DNA of 64,000 nt from the human T2T-CHM13v2.0 reference genome, Homo sapiens, in contig CP086569.2 of NCBI GenBank assembly GCA_009914755.4, positions 22,048,001 through 22,112,000 of the forward strand, read 5' to 3'. A program made the position numbers and the translations under genes. The notes beneath the pieces were generated by a model. That model ran no database searches, was not told the origin of the DNA, and saw only the letters and a list, made by a program, of their open reading frames with translations. Below are positions 1 through 10,502 of this stretch, one piece after another (position 1 is the stretch's first letter; every line of letters begins with the position of its first letter).

Positions 1-685
1 ATAATGTGTTATTTTTATTCCTACACCTAGGTTATTTTGCTTAGTTACATGTAAAGGAATATACATGGTATGTGGCATGGCAAATGATAAAAGTTCATTT
101 TTAATAGATATATACTATTTCATTGTGTGTGTGTGTACATATACCACATTTTAAATTCATTTGTCTGTTTATGAACATCCAGGTTTAATATTGTATTGTT
201 CATGGTGAATAGTGCTGTAATAAACAAAAAAGAGCAAATATTTATTTGACATGCTAATTTTCTTTCCCTTGCCTACATACTCAGTGGTGCAGATTGTTCA
301 GTCATGTGGAAACTTTCATGTAAATTTTTTAGAGATCTACAGAATGTCTTCCATACTGATTCTACTAATTTACATTCCATCCAAGAGGATGTTTTGTGCA
401 GTTCCCCACTTTTCTTTTCTCCACATCCCTGGCAATACTTGTTATTCTTTTGCAATTTTTAGTTATATCCATTATTATTCTAATAGATTCACTGAGCTGA
501 AAGGACTTGTCATATTTTCTTATGGGTTTTCCTGGCATTTCTCCAATAAAAATTATGTTGAACTTTTATTTAGAAATGTGTTGGAAGTATCTGTGTCATT
601 TTTGGAGAAATGTCTATTTACATCTTTTGAACATTTTTAATTAGAAAATTTTTGGCTATTGTTTCTTATTTGTTCTGGATACTAA
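1..685 (-). mobile_element. LINE-1 (old L1M/L1P-type) ORF2-region fragment; + strand shows L1 antisense; part of the L1 copy that hosts the ERV insertion
   Basis: The + strand matches L1 antisense strings (..gtgaatagtgctgtaataaac..). Continues after the Alu at 935-1341 and again after the provirus at 13779. Confidence 0.65.
125..140. repeat. (TG)n microsatellite
   Basis: The run tgtgtgtgtgtgt is seen directly. Confidence 0.8.
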
Positions 686-934
686 GTTTTTTTCTTTTTT
701 TTCCTTTTGTTTTGGAGATGGAGTCTTACTCTGTCACCCAGGCTGGAGTGCAGTGATGCAACCTTGGCTCACGGCAACCTCTGCTTCCCAGATCAAACGA
801 TTCTCCTACCTCAGCCTCCTGAGTAGCTGGGATTACAGGTGTGTGCCACCACACCCACATAATTTTTGTATTTTTAGTAGAGATGGGGTTTCACCAGGCT
901 GGGCTGAAACTTCTGAATTCATGATCTGCCTGCC
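686..934 (-). mobile_element. Alu SINE (minus orientation, truncated at its 5' end)
   Basis: Poly-T start, then ..gagatggagtcttactctgtcacccaggctggagtgcagtg.., ending ..cctcagcctcctgagtagctgggattacaggtg. ORFs 753..986 and 273..455 are Alu translations. Confidence 0.9.
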
Positions 935-1341
935 TATTTTTCATGTGAATTTTGTACTCTACATATTTACTGAATTTGTTTATTAGTTCTAATAGTTTTT
1001 TAAATGGATTATTTATGGTTTTCTATGTAAGATGAAGTTATCTGCATACAAGGGATGTGTAGCTTCTTCCCTTCTATCCAGATATCCCTAGTATTTTCTC
1101 TCATTTACATAACTGCTGTGGCTCAGACTTCTAGTATTATGTTGAATAGATGTAATGAAAATGCCCTCTCTTGACTTCTTTCAGACCTTAGCAAAAGCTT
1201 GCAACTTTTTCCCATTCAGTATGATGTTAGCTGTAAATTTGTCATATATAATTTTCACTGTGTTCAGATGAATTTTTTAAACATAACTCTTGACAGTTTT
1301 TATCATGAAGCAATGTTAAATTTTCCCAAATGCTTTTTCAT
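935..1341 (-). mobile_element. LINE-1 ORF2 fragment (continuation), interrupted at 1341/1342 by ERV insertion
   Basis: Matches L1 antisense (..ttcccattcagtatgatgttagctgtaaatttgtcatat..). The sequence at 13779 onward continues the same L1 reading. Confidence 0.65.
1337..1341 (+). repeat. target-site duplication TTCAT (upstream copy) of the provirus
   Basis: ttcat sits immediately before the LTR start tgatgggg.. The same pentamer follows the 3' LTR end ..gcctca at 13774-13778. Confidence 0.7.
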
Positions 1342-1927
1342 TGATGGGGTTCAATTAGGTTGATAGGGAAAATATTAAAGATAGTTATAGTAATAGTCAA
1401 AAACTGTCTTCAAAGGCCTGAGAGTTTGCATACCTTCAGAATGCTCAGCTGAAGGCAGCCAGGGTCTCTTTGCAAGAGCCAGAAAGATTAGGGTGCAGTA
1501 CCAATGAATGTGGAAAGCTTATTTTACTAACCTGTTTAGTTATATGGGCTTATGACTAACCTTTGTCCTACCTCAAGTACTTTACTGCCTCCAACTCAGG
1601 GGGTCGGCAGAAGTTTATTACCCACAAATGGTGTTTGCTTTAGGCCTCAGAACCTAGCTTTTAATCTTTATCTTCTAGCGGTGTTTACTCACAATTTTTG
1701 TTAATTCGCCTTACTGAATAAATGTGACCTTTACCTGCAGATCAGGGCCGAGTCACAACCGTTTACAGAACGCAGCTTGGAGCCTGTAAGTGGCTTGGGC
1801 CTTCAGCTAGACTGGCAGAGCAGAATATCTGTGTGTCAGTGTACGTTTATTCTTCTGTTGCCAAATCAGAGGTCTGCAGGAACAGACTCCCTGCATCTAG
1901 TGTCTCTGCAAAAGGAGCACTGCCTCA
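1342..1927 (+). mobile_element. 5' LTR of outer provirus (family not identified; about 586 bp)
   Basis: Aligns over its whole length with 12970-13773 at roughly 85-88% identity by eye. Starts tgatggggttc.., ends ..gcactgcctca. A PBS-like TGG follows at 1930 (aaTGGGGACCTGCGTGAGG; tRNA not identified). Confidence 0.8.
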
Positions 1928-2436
1928 AATGGGGACCTGCGTGAGGACCTGTGTCAGGGGTCTGCAAAAACAAACCCCCACACTTGGAGCCCCACTTGCA
2001 CTTGTGGCAAGCTGCAAAAGAAGTGTGGGGACTGTTCTCATGAGGAAAGCTGTGAAGGAAGCATGAAGTAAATGCAATAGATCCCTTAAAAACAAAGGTG
2101 AAAAAAGGAACCATGTGGTCAAGCAAGTGAGTAATTAATCAGTAAGTCATTGTTGCTCACTCAAGGTTACCAAGTTCTTGGGGAAGTTGAGTCAAGCTGA
2201 GATTTCATCATGGGACACAGTTACCAGCTCAACAGAAACAATATATAAAAGTGTTGAAATAGTTGCTTAAGGCTACCATAACATCAGTTTTGCAGACTCA
2301 TTAAGGGACATAATGCAAACTGTTGTGATCCCAAGCCCATGGTTCCCAGAAGAAGGAATGCTAAATGTAGAACTGTGGGAACAAGTGAGAAGTCTTAAAC
2401 AACAACAGGTGCAAAGGCAGCAGGCCCCAGTGTGTC

Positions 2437-3014
2437 TGGAATTTATTCCTTCTTGTGGGTTCTTGATCTCACTGACTTCAAGAATAAAGCCACGGACCTC
2501 GTGGTGAGTGTTACAGCTCTTAAATGTGGCCTATCCAGAGTTTGTTCCTTCTAGTGGGTTTGTGGTCTCAATGACTTCAGGAATGAAGTTGCAGACCCTC
2601 ATGGTGAGTGTTAACAGCTGCTAAAGTTGGCATGTCTGGAATTTTTGTTCCTCCTGGTGTGTTCATTGTCTTGCTGACCTCAGGAATGAAGCCGCAGACC
2701 GTCGCAGTGAATGTTACAGCTCATAAAGGTAATGCAGACTCAAAGAGTGAGCAGCAGCAAGATGTATTGTGAAGAGTGAAAGAACAAAGCTTCCACAGCG
2801 TGAAAGGGGGCAAAGTGGGTTGCTGCTGCTGGCTGGGGTGGCCAGCTTTTATTCCATTATTTTTCCCTGCCGATGTCCTACTGATTGGTCTATTTAACAG
2901 AGGGCTGAATGCTGAGTTTGCTCTCCTTTAGCTAAACACAAAGTGCTGATTGGTGCATTTTTATAGAGTGCTGATTGCTGTGTTTACAATCCTCTAACTG
3001 GACAGAAAATTCTC
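2437..3014 (-). mobile_element. LTR12-like (HERV9-type) LTR, minus orientation
   Basis: Reverse complement begins tgtccagttagaggattgtaaacacagcaatcag. It carries repeated ccaatcag (CCAAT-box) motifs. These are followed by tandem ..ctgtaacactcacc(a/g)cga(g/c)ggtc(t/c)gc(a/g)gcttcattc.. units, ending ..ccagacaca. Confidence 0.65.
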
Positions 3015-3474
3015 CAAGTCCCCACTTGACCCAGGAAGTCCAGCTGACTTCACTTCTCAATGCCCTGTCTAAACAGGAAACCCCAGCTGCTGTTGGGAAT
3101 TGGGTGGTGACCACTCTAGATAGGATAGGGGCAAGAAGGGGCCCTGCAGTTGTAGTGTCGTCCAGAGGGGAACTCTTTAGTCCAATCAAAGGGCCAGTGA
3201 GTAGGTCCAAGGGTCCTTGGTAGAAGTTGTTACTTGAGCTCATTTGGAGTTCCATTTGTAAGATCATCATATCTTGATGTCCTCGATCCTAGAGGAAATA
3301 AATGTGACAACAAGGTTAAAAATACAGCATCCAAAGGCAAGTAATAGCAAGATGGCTGTCATGGTTACATAGAAAGGGGAGAAGCCATGTCACCCAGCTC
3401 CAGAGGTTGGTATAAGAGTTTGAAAGGTGTTGTCTGATTTCAGAAGACATTTCCTTTAAATGTCAGGTGGCATC

Positions 3475-3801
3475 TCATACTATCCCTGACTGGTTAGTGT
3501 AAAAACAACACTCTTCCCCTAAGAAGGTACAGAGTCCTCCTTTCTCAGCAGTGAGGAGGTCTGGGCAGGAGTTTTGGAGAGTCACTGCTGCCAAAGAGTC
3601 TATTTGGGATTGTAGATTAAGGAGAGATTCTGTTATTTCTTGTAAACTCTCTGAGAAATCCTTTGAGAGTGTGTGGTTGTAGGACAATGAAGTAGATATA
3701 CCAGCTATTCCAGTTCCTGTAGCAGTGGCCATTTCTAACCCTATAAGTAGGGGTATTAGTTGTATGGCCCTGCACTGATGGACTTGAGCTTTGAGGGGCA
3801 C
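3475..3801 (-). pseudogene. env transmembrane (TM) subunit remnant with immunosuppressive-domain and CX6CC motifs
   Basis: 108-aa ORF ..AVTLQNSCPDLLTAEKGGLCTFLGEECCFYTNQSGIV. This matches the canonical gammaretroviral LQNRRGLDLLTAEKGGLC..EECCFY. Confidence 0.75.
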
Positions 3802-4439
3802 TGATAGGATCAGATTCCATGAGATTAAAAGTTAGGATAATACATGTTACACTGGTAACTTATAGCAAACTTTACTTTTGTTGAACATCTTGTAAGTTTG
3901 GGATTTTAATTTTTATTTGCTATTAATATGACTCGTTCAGTCCATATTAACTTAGAATTTGTATAGATGGCTCCTTCCTGATTCTGTAAGTACTTTAAGG
4001 TTTGGCTGAGTACAAACAACTTGTATGTTTGAGCAGACCAATTGTTAGGCAATTTTCCTAACTCTACTTCTACAAGAGTTTCCTTATAGTTTACTGAATA
4101 CCCATTGTGTCTTTTTTCCTTAATCACTCAGGAGAAACTACCTATCATCTTGTCCTAAAGGGAGTTCTTCCTAGGTCTAGTCAGACCTTTGTATGGTAAT
4201 TAATTAAGATTTAGATCCCCTGTTAAGAAACCTGCTGGGTTAAGGATTTTTGATAGGAAGGCTATGGGTTGTCAGTGGCCTCAGTGCTTTTGGGCTACGC
4301 CCTTGTTTACACAGACAACAAGGTGGTGTTGGACTATTATAGGGTCACTAAGAAGACCTTCAATTATGAATTATAGGTTTTAAATATACCCTGGCTTTTA
4401 AAGGAATAGTGTACACTGTTGTTTTCTTTATTACTTCTA

Positions 4440-4680
4440 TCTCTCTCTTTTTCTGTCTTTGATTCCTTCTTTGTCTCTTTCTGACTCCCTCTTTGTTCTC
4501 TTCCTCTCTCTCTTTGTCTCTCTCTTTCTTTCTCTCTCTCTTTCTGTCTTTATTTATCTTCCTCTCTCTGTCTCTGTCTTTGACTCCTCCTTTTTCTCTG
4601 TCTCTTCCTCTGTCTGTCTCTCTCTCTTTTCTCTTTCTCTCTTTCCTTTCTGCTGGTTTTTCTCTGTTGCTGCCAGACAC
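4440..4680. repeat. (CT)n / TC-rich low-complexity tract
   Basis: ctctctct.. mixed with tctt/tgtc units. ORFs 4360..4680(-), 4459..4716(+) and 4493..4798(+) are its translations (ERKRKERE.., LSLSLSL..). Confidence 0.85.
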
Positions 4681-4689
4681 TTATGCTGC

Positions 4690-4900
4690 TGTTCTCCCCT
4701 CTCCTTCCCCTTTTGATGGCTTTGGCAGTGTAAGACTGCCACCTCCTTGGGTTTTTGCCCTGTGTGCAATAACTCCATGGTTTCCTTTTGATATTTAGTG
4801 GGGGTTCCCCCAGAGGTTAGGAACTCCCTTTCTTTCCATATTGCAGCATGGGCATGTAAGATTAGATAAGCATACTTACTATCTCTAGCAAAGTCTCCCA
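4690..4900 (-). pseudogene. RNase H C-terminal remnant (gammaretrovirus-like pol)
   Basis: ..DSKYAYLILHAHAAIWKEREFLTSGGTPTKYQKETMELLHTGQKPKEVAVLHCQSHQKG. Compare MLV [59 protein letters not shown]. Confidence 0.55.
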
Positions 4901-5179
4901 ATTACAACTGAGGAGGGGGAAGAAATACCTTGTTACAGGCCATCCCAGGATTCCTCAGATAGTAACAGACCTTGAGGACAGCTGTCCGGGACAGGAAATT
5001 AATACTGAGAAAGCTGCACCAGTGTCCATGAGGAAGTCAATTTCCTGGCTCTCAATGGTTAAAATTCCCCAGGGCTCAGTGAAAGTGATGAAATGAGCTG
5101 GTGCTTGCTCCAGGCACCCTCAGTCCTGTTGTTGGATCATCTGGTTGGGGGCTCCTGGCCCAGAGAACCTTTGTCCTCT

Positions 5180-6490
5180 AGGGCAGTGCACCTTCCAGTG
5201 ATTGCCTTGGCATAGTGGACATGGCTGAGGGGGCTGCTTGTTTCTTGTTGGAAACCTTTTTTAAGGTGTCCTTGCAAACCACACTGGTAACAAGCACTAC
5301 CAGGTGATTGGCCTGCTCCATTTTCTGTCCTCTCTGAACCACCAAAGTTTGTCTGAGGGCCATGACTAAGGCTGCGGACTTTCTGTAAACTTGCTTTTCC
5401 TTTTTGGCCTTTTCCTCTTGGTCCCTATTATAAAACACCAAGGTTGCCAGGTTTAATAATGCCTCCAGATTTTGTTGAGGGCCCAGGGGTCACTTTTGGA
5501 GCTTTCTTCTCATATCTGCAGCTGATTGGGTAATAAACTCATCTTTTAGCATCAATTGACAATTGAGTGAGTCGGGTGACAGGGCAGTATATTTTCTTAA
5601 GGCCTCCATAGCCACACAAGGAAGACAGAAGGATTTTCTTCCTTTCCCTGAATTATGGTGGACATCATTGAATAATTCATGGGGTTTTTCCTCATTCTCC
5701 TTAGTCTTTCTAGAACACATGTCAGCAGATGTTTACAACTCCAGTCCCTATGATCTGAGTCAAGGTCTCAGTGGTGATTCATACTGGGATGGCTTGCTGA
5801 CCAGTAGGGAATTTGTCCCTTTCTTTGGCTGTCATTCTATCATTTATTTGACAAAGATACCAGATATCTCCAAACTCTTGGACTGCAGCTAAAGCTGCAT
5901 TCTTTTAATTAAAGGCCAGTGTTTGATCTAACAATAGCATGACAACTCTTTTAGTGAGGTCAAAGGTTTGGCCTAGATCCTATAGGATATCTATGTACCT
6001 ATGAGAATCATCTGAAAACATTCCCAGGTCTGCCTTTTTCTGCCTTAAATCAGAGAGGGAGAAGGGGACATGTAACCAGGTTGGGCCAAGTTCCTCTCTC
6101 CTTACAGCTTGAAGGGGACATAACTGATAGCCTGGGGGTTTTTGTGGTCCTTTGGAGATTTCTTTTCTTGTTTCCTTCTGGGAAGGGGAGATTAGAGGGG
6201 GATTATCATTAATAGGAAGGGGAGCTATTAGAGGGAGATTATCATTAATAGGAAGGGGAGCTATAGGGAGGCTAGGATATGGAGGTAAGCTGAGAGGTCC
6301 TCCTGTGGGGTGTAAATTGCAAGCTTTGCATAGTTGTAGATTCTCCTTCAATGAAAAGAAAGCTTGAACATATGGTATTTTACTCCATTTGCCTTCTCTC
6401 TTACAAAAAAGATTCAGGCTGCAGGACAGTGTTGTAATTTATACTTCCCACAGGTGGCCATTTTTCCCCATCAGAGAGAATACTGGGGCC
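5180..6490 (-). pseudogene. gag remnant (MA start MGK.., p12 with LPPY late-domain-like motif, CA), frameshifted
   Basis: ORFs 5980..6351(-) PLQAVRREELGPTWLHVPFSLSDLRQKK.., 5490..5720(-) ..EALRKYTALSPDS..FITQSAADMRRKLQK and 5178..5441(-). These match MLV gag p12/CA (PLRAG..WPFSSSDLYNW, EAYRRYTPYDPED, FIWQSAPDIGRKLERL). Confidence 0.7.
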
Positions 6491-6589
6491 AAGCCATAGT
6501 GCAGAAAAAAATGAGCTGCCTCTTTTCCAGATTTTTCAGGTCAAATTGGTCCCAGTGGCTTAGGATGCATTTCAAGGGTGAACCTGTTC

Positions 6590-7350
6590 CTGCTTGAGTG
6601 TTTCCCATCTGAAAAACAAAACCACCCACAGTTTTGGTTTATTTGTTTCAACACCTCCATCAAAGCCCAGGAACCCTCAATGGTCCCTAGACCTGCTGAT
6701 CAGAAGAGTTGCACTCACCAATGTAGCAGTATAAACACCTGTTGCTCAGTAACATGCAATGGTCCCTGGACCCTGCTGATTGGAATAGTTGCACTCACCA
6801 ATGCAGCAGCAGAAACCATAGTTTTCCTCCTAGACCACAAGAGGACTGAGGAAGGTAAGATTTAGTGGCCCTTATCAATGCATTCTCAAAAACATGCCCC
6901 CTTGCCTGTCCTCCTAGACCACAAAAGAGGACCAAGAAAAATTGGATTTAGTGGCCCTTACCAATGCATTCTCAAAAACCTGTTAGAGTGCTAAGCATTC
7001 TCCTGTTAGTATTGGGACTTTATTGTTATCTTATAAAGATGCTGTGCCCCAAAAATATAGTGGAGGGCCATACCCTGAGGGAGGAAAGGGATCTCCAGGG
7101 TTGGAAGAGTGATGTCTTTTGTCCTCGCTTGAATAGGAAGGATATCATTTCTGAAGCTCCCCATATCCTAGCTTCAGGAATAGCTTTTGTTAGGCCTGCT
7201 TGTCTGAGGAGGAATACTAAAATTCCAGATAGGTCCCTTCCTGGCAGGGCTTTGGGCAAAAATTATGCCTTTCTGATTGGTAAGCTGGGGTGCCTAAATA
7301 AGGGAATAGAGTCCTGGAGTTTATACTAGAAATCATTCTTATACGAGAAA
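6590..7350 (-). mobile_element. LTR-like region upstream of the minus-strand gag (presumptive 5' LTR/leader; family unresolved)
   Basis: Lies directly 5' of gag on the minus strand. It has internal tandem duplications (about 6680-6820 and 6828-6970), as U3 regions often do. A few ctgattgg (CCAAT revcomp) motifs are present, but it is not clearly LTR12. Confidence 0.35.
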
Positions 7351-8599
7351 GTAGAAAAGAACCAGAGACAGGAGTGGTTTTTAGAAGTGGGATGAGCCTC
7401 AGAGAAGAGAGGCAAGAGGAAGTTTGTCTGACAGGCTTTAGGAGCCAGGAGGCAAGGGTCAGTATAGACAGGACAGATGAGCAAGTCTCACTTGGGCGAT
7501 GTGACTTTGACAGCTCCACTCATCACTACAGGGTCAACCAACATTTTGTTGGGATCCCAGAGCTGAATGGCTTTCCTCTCTGTTGATCCTCAGCTTACCC
7601 AGAAGTACAGGAAAAGTGGAAGCTGGTTCCAGACAAGCCAATGCTCCCAACTCCAAAGAGTCAGGGGTTGTTAGAGGGTCCTTTCCTAGAAGCTTGACAC
7701 CCATGTCTGTAGTCCAGTGGCTGCGCTAGTTGCTTTTAACTGGCCTACTGGTGCCCAGTATTTAGCCCCAGAATTCTAAGGAAAAATAGGACAGAATAGC
7801 AAGTGATAGGGGCCTGATGGTATTCACCACTTGGTGTTGCTCCCTTTGTGGTCACCAAGATGTGTCCTATATGGGTCACCAATATGTGTCCCCTTGCGGT
7901 CACCCAGACCAGTAACAGCTTTAATATTATGGGCTTTAAAGCAGTCTTGGCTCTGTTACACACAGAAAAGTCTGAAAAGGGACAGGAGGAGGAAATGTCA
8001 CCTGTCTTATCACCTCCTATTCCCTCAGCCCTAGTATCACCAGGTTGAAATAACAAAGGGAAACAGAGGTCTTACCTAAGCCTCCTCCTCCAATAGGTAA
8101 GAAAAAAGACTTTGGATCTGCTATAGCTATCAGTCTCTTGTCTTAAGCAGGCAGAACTAAAAGAGAAGCTCTTAGCCTGCCCAGTAATCCAATATTGGCA
8201 AAGTGATCAGGTACCTAAATGGCTAAGAAAAGTCATTAGAAGCCAAAGCGACACAGCCAAGTGAACAGTAAGTAGAAAGAAAAACTCCACCCACACTGCA
8301 GCTGCAGCAACAAAGAGCCAAGCCACTGTCAGTGCTAGCCTGCTAGGGAGGGGCAAAAAGCACTTGCAACAGAGTTGATCTAAGCCGAGATGCACCCTGG
8401 TGAGCAACAGCCACCTGGAGGTGGGGAGAGGGAGCTGGCGCAGAGGAAAAATGGCACAGTAAAAAAGATGCACCTTTATAAATGTAAAGCAGCCTCCACC
8501 GCGGGACCCAACTGATTGGCTCACTGGCTCTGCAGGCAACCCATGGCAAAATCACATGTGCTTCTTGTTTACTAGCAACATCCCAGATTATAATTTTTT

Positions 8600-10400
8600 G
8601 ATAAGATTTAAATAAAATATAAGAATTTGAAAGATCTTTTTGTAATAAAAGCCTCTGTTGTTATCTCTCTCCAAATTCATTTTAAATAAAACAGTAACCT
8701 CTAGAAGGAGAGTCATTACAGAAGGCCCATGAGTCAGTTTAGGAACAATTAAAAGCAAATTATGCTCCCCTGAAGTGATTCCTCAAGATTGGCCTACAAT
8801 TGTTAATGACTTAAAAGATTGTTTCTATATACGATTCCTCTAGCAGAACAGGACAATACCATCTATTTTTTTTTTCTTTTTTTTTTGAGATGGAGTCTTG
8901 CTCTGTTGCCCAGGCTGGAGGTCAGAGGTGTGATCTTGGCTCACTTCAAGCTCTACCTCCCAGGTTCATGCCATTCTCCTGCCTCAGCCTCCCGAGTAGC
9001 TGGGACTACAGGTGTCTGCCACCATGCTTGGCTAATTTTTTGTATTTTTAGTAGAGATGGAGTTTCACCATGTTAGCCAGGATGGTCTCAATCTCCTGAC
9101 CTTGTGATCCACCCACCTTGGCCTCCCAAAGTGCTGGGATTACAGGTGTGAGCCACCATGCCAGGCCAATACCAGCTATTAATCATGACAAACCAATTTG
9201 TCAATTTCATTGGAAAGTGCTTCCTCAAGGAATGCTAAACTGTCCTACCATGTGTCACTATAATGTAAATCAAGCTTTGCTCCCTAGTAAAAAAAAAAAT
9301 TTCCTGACTGTAAAACTATTCATTTTATGGATAATATTCTACTAGCAACCCCAACGGAGCAAATAATTTTACATTTGTTTACCTCTGTCGTAAAGACTAC
9401 AAAGCTAAAAGGTTTAGTCATTGTGCCTTAAAAAGTACAAATGTCTTCTTGGAAATATATTGGATATCTGTTAAGCTCTCTGTCAGTAAGATCTCAAAAA
9501 GTTAAGCTAAATACTAGCAACTTAGGAGACATTAATTGATTCCATCCCACTTTAAGGATTTCTACTGACAAACTACAAAACCTGTTTTCTCTCTTAAAGG
9601 GCAATCCAGCCCTGGATTCTCCCAGATATTTAACCCCTGCAGCAAAAAGGGAAATTGAGGAAATTGAGCAAGCCATCTCTCAGAGGCAGCTAGATCTCAT
9701 TAATCCACAGTATTCAATTCAGCTGTTTATCTTTGTCACCAAATACTTCCCTACAGGGTTACTAGGACAAATGAACCCTGGGCTATGTTTCAAATAATGG
9801 GTTTTTTGCTTACATACTGGGACTAAAACACTCTCTTCCTATATTCAGTTAATTAGTAAAGTCATTTATTCAGGTCACAAATGTTGCAATCAGTTTCTAG
9901 GTTATGACTCCGGTGTTATCAGTCCTTTAAGTAAAAAGCAATTTGAAATGTATTACCTTTGTCAATAAATCTGCAAATAGTTTTCTCTGATTACATAGGA
10001 CAAATAGAGCATTTGCTCCCTGCTAATAAACTACTTCATTTTATATCTCACACTCTGGTAATATTGCCTACAAAAACAGTTTACTTTCCCATACCTAACG
10101 GTTTAACACTGTTTACTGATGGGTCTGGTAAACACGGAAAAGTGCGAGTCTGGTAAAGACTAAACAATTCACTCAGTCTAGGTTTGCTAGTATTCAGACA
10201 GCTAAGGTTACTCTGCTTATTATTAAAAAACTTTTACAGCCTTAATTATATCTTTTTCTTCGACTTCAGCAACTGCAAAATTAACACACACATGCCATTT
10301 TTATTACACACATTCGAGCCCACAGCTCACTGTCTGTACCATTGGCTTATGGCAAAGAACAAGCAGACCTTCAGATTATGACATCACTGCTTGACCAAAC
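8600..10400 (+). pseudogene. Betaretrovirus-like (HERV-K-type, class II) pol remnant: RT and RNase H, belonging to the outer + strand provirus
   Basis: ..[21 protein letters not shown].. (HERV-K DLKDCFFSIPLAEQDR), then after the Alu ..[17 protein letters not shown].. Thumb/connection ..LTPAAKREIEEIEQAISQRQLDLINPQYSIQLFIFVTKYFPTGLLGQ. RNase H LFTDGSGKHGKV..ITHIRAHSSLS..LAYGKEQADL. Confidence 0.75.
8866..9167 (-). mobile_element. Alu SINE inserted into the RT coding remnant
   Basis: Poly-T start and Alu body to ..gccaccatgccaggcc. 13-bp TSD aataccatctatt / aataccagctatt flanks it. Confidence 0.9.
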
Positions 10401-10502
10401 CCCCTGTTGCATCAATTTTTCCACCAAAATTGAAGAAACTTATGTAAACAAATTCAACTTATTCTGAGTGTGACTAAACAAATTTTCCTGCAAGGCCCAG
10501 AT

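Larger units (their letters stand above)
3015..6590 (-). mobile_element. Gammaretrovirus-like (class I) ERV internal region, heavily deleted: gag, RNase H C-terminus and env TM remnants
   Basis: Minus-strand order from 5' to 3' is gag (6490-5180), RNase H (4900-4690), (CT)n tract, env TM (3801-3475), then LTR12-like. PR/RT, IN and most of SU are missing. Confidence 0.7.

Noticed and set aside
251-640. 129-aa + strand ORF
   Set aside because: It lies in the antisense of an L1 ORF2 fragment (AT-rich, with no homology) and uses a bacterial-style ORF call.
4360-4680. K/R/E-rich 106-aa ORF (looks like an SR-type or nucleic-acid-binding protein)
   Set aside because: It is a pure translation of the (CT)n/(AG)n simple repeat. 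The overlapping + strand ORFs are Ser/Leu runs from the same repeat.
8207-8555. Minus-strand ORFs of 110 and 70 aa in the outer provirus interior
   Set aside because: They are antisense to the + strand pol/pro-containing segment, with no retroviral or cellular homology.
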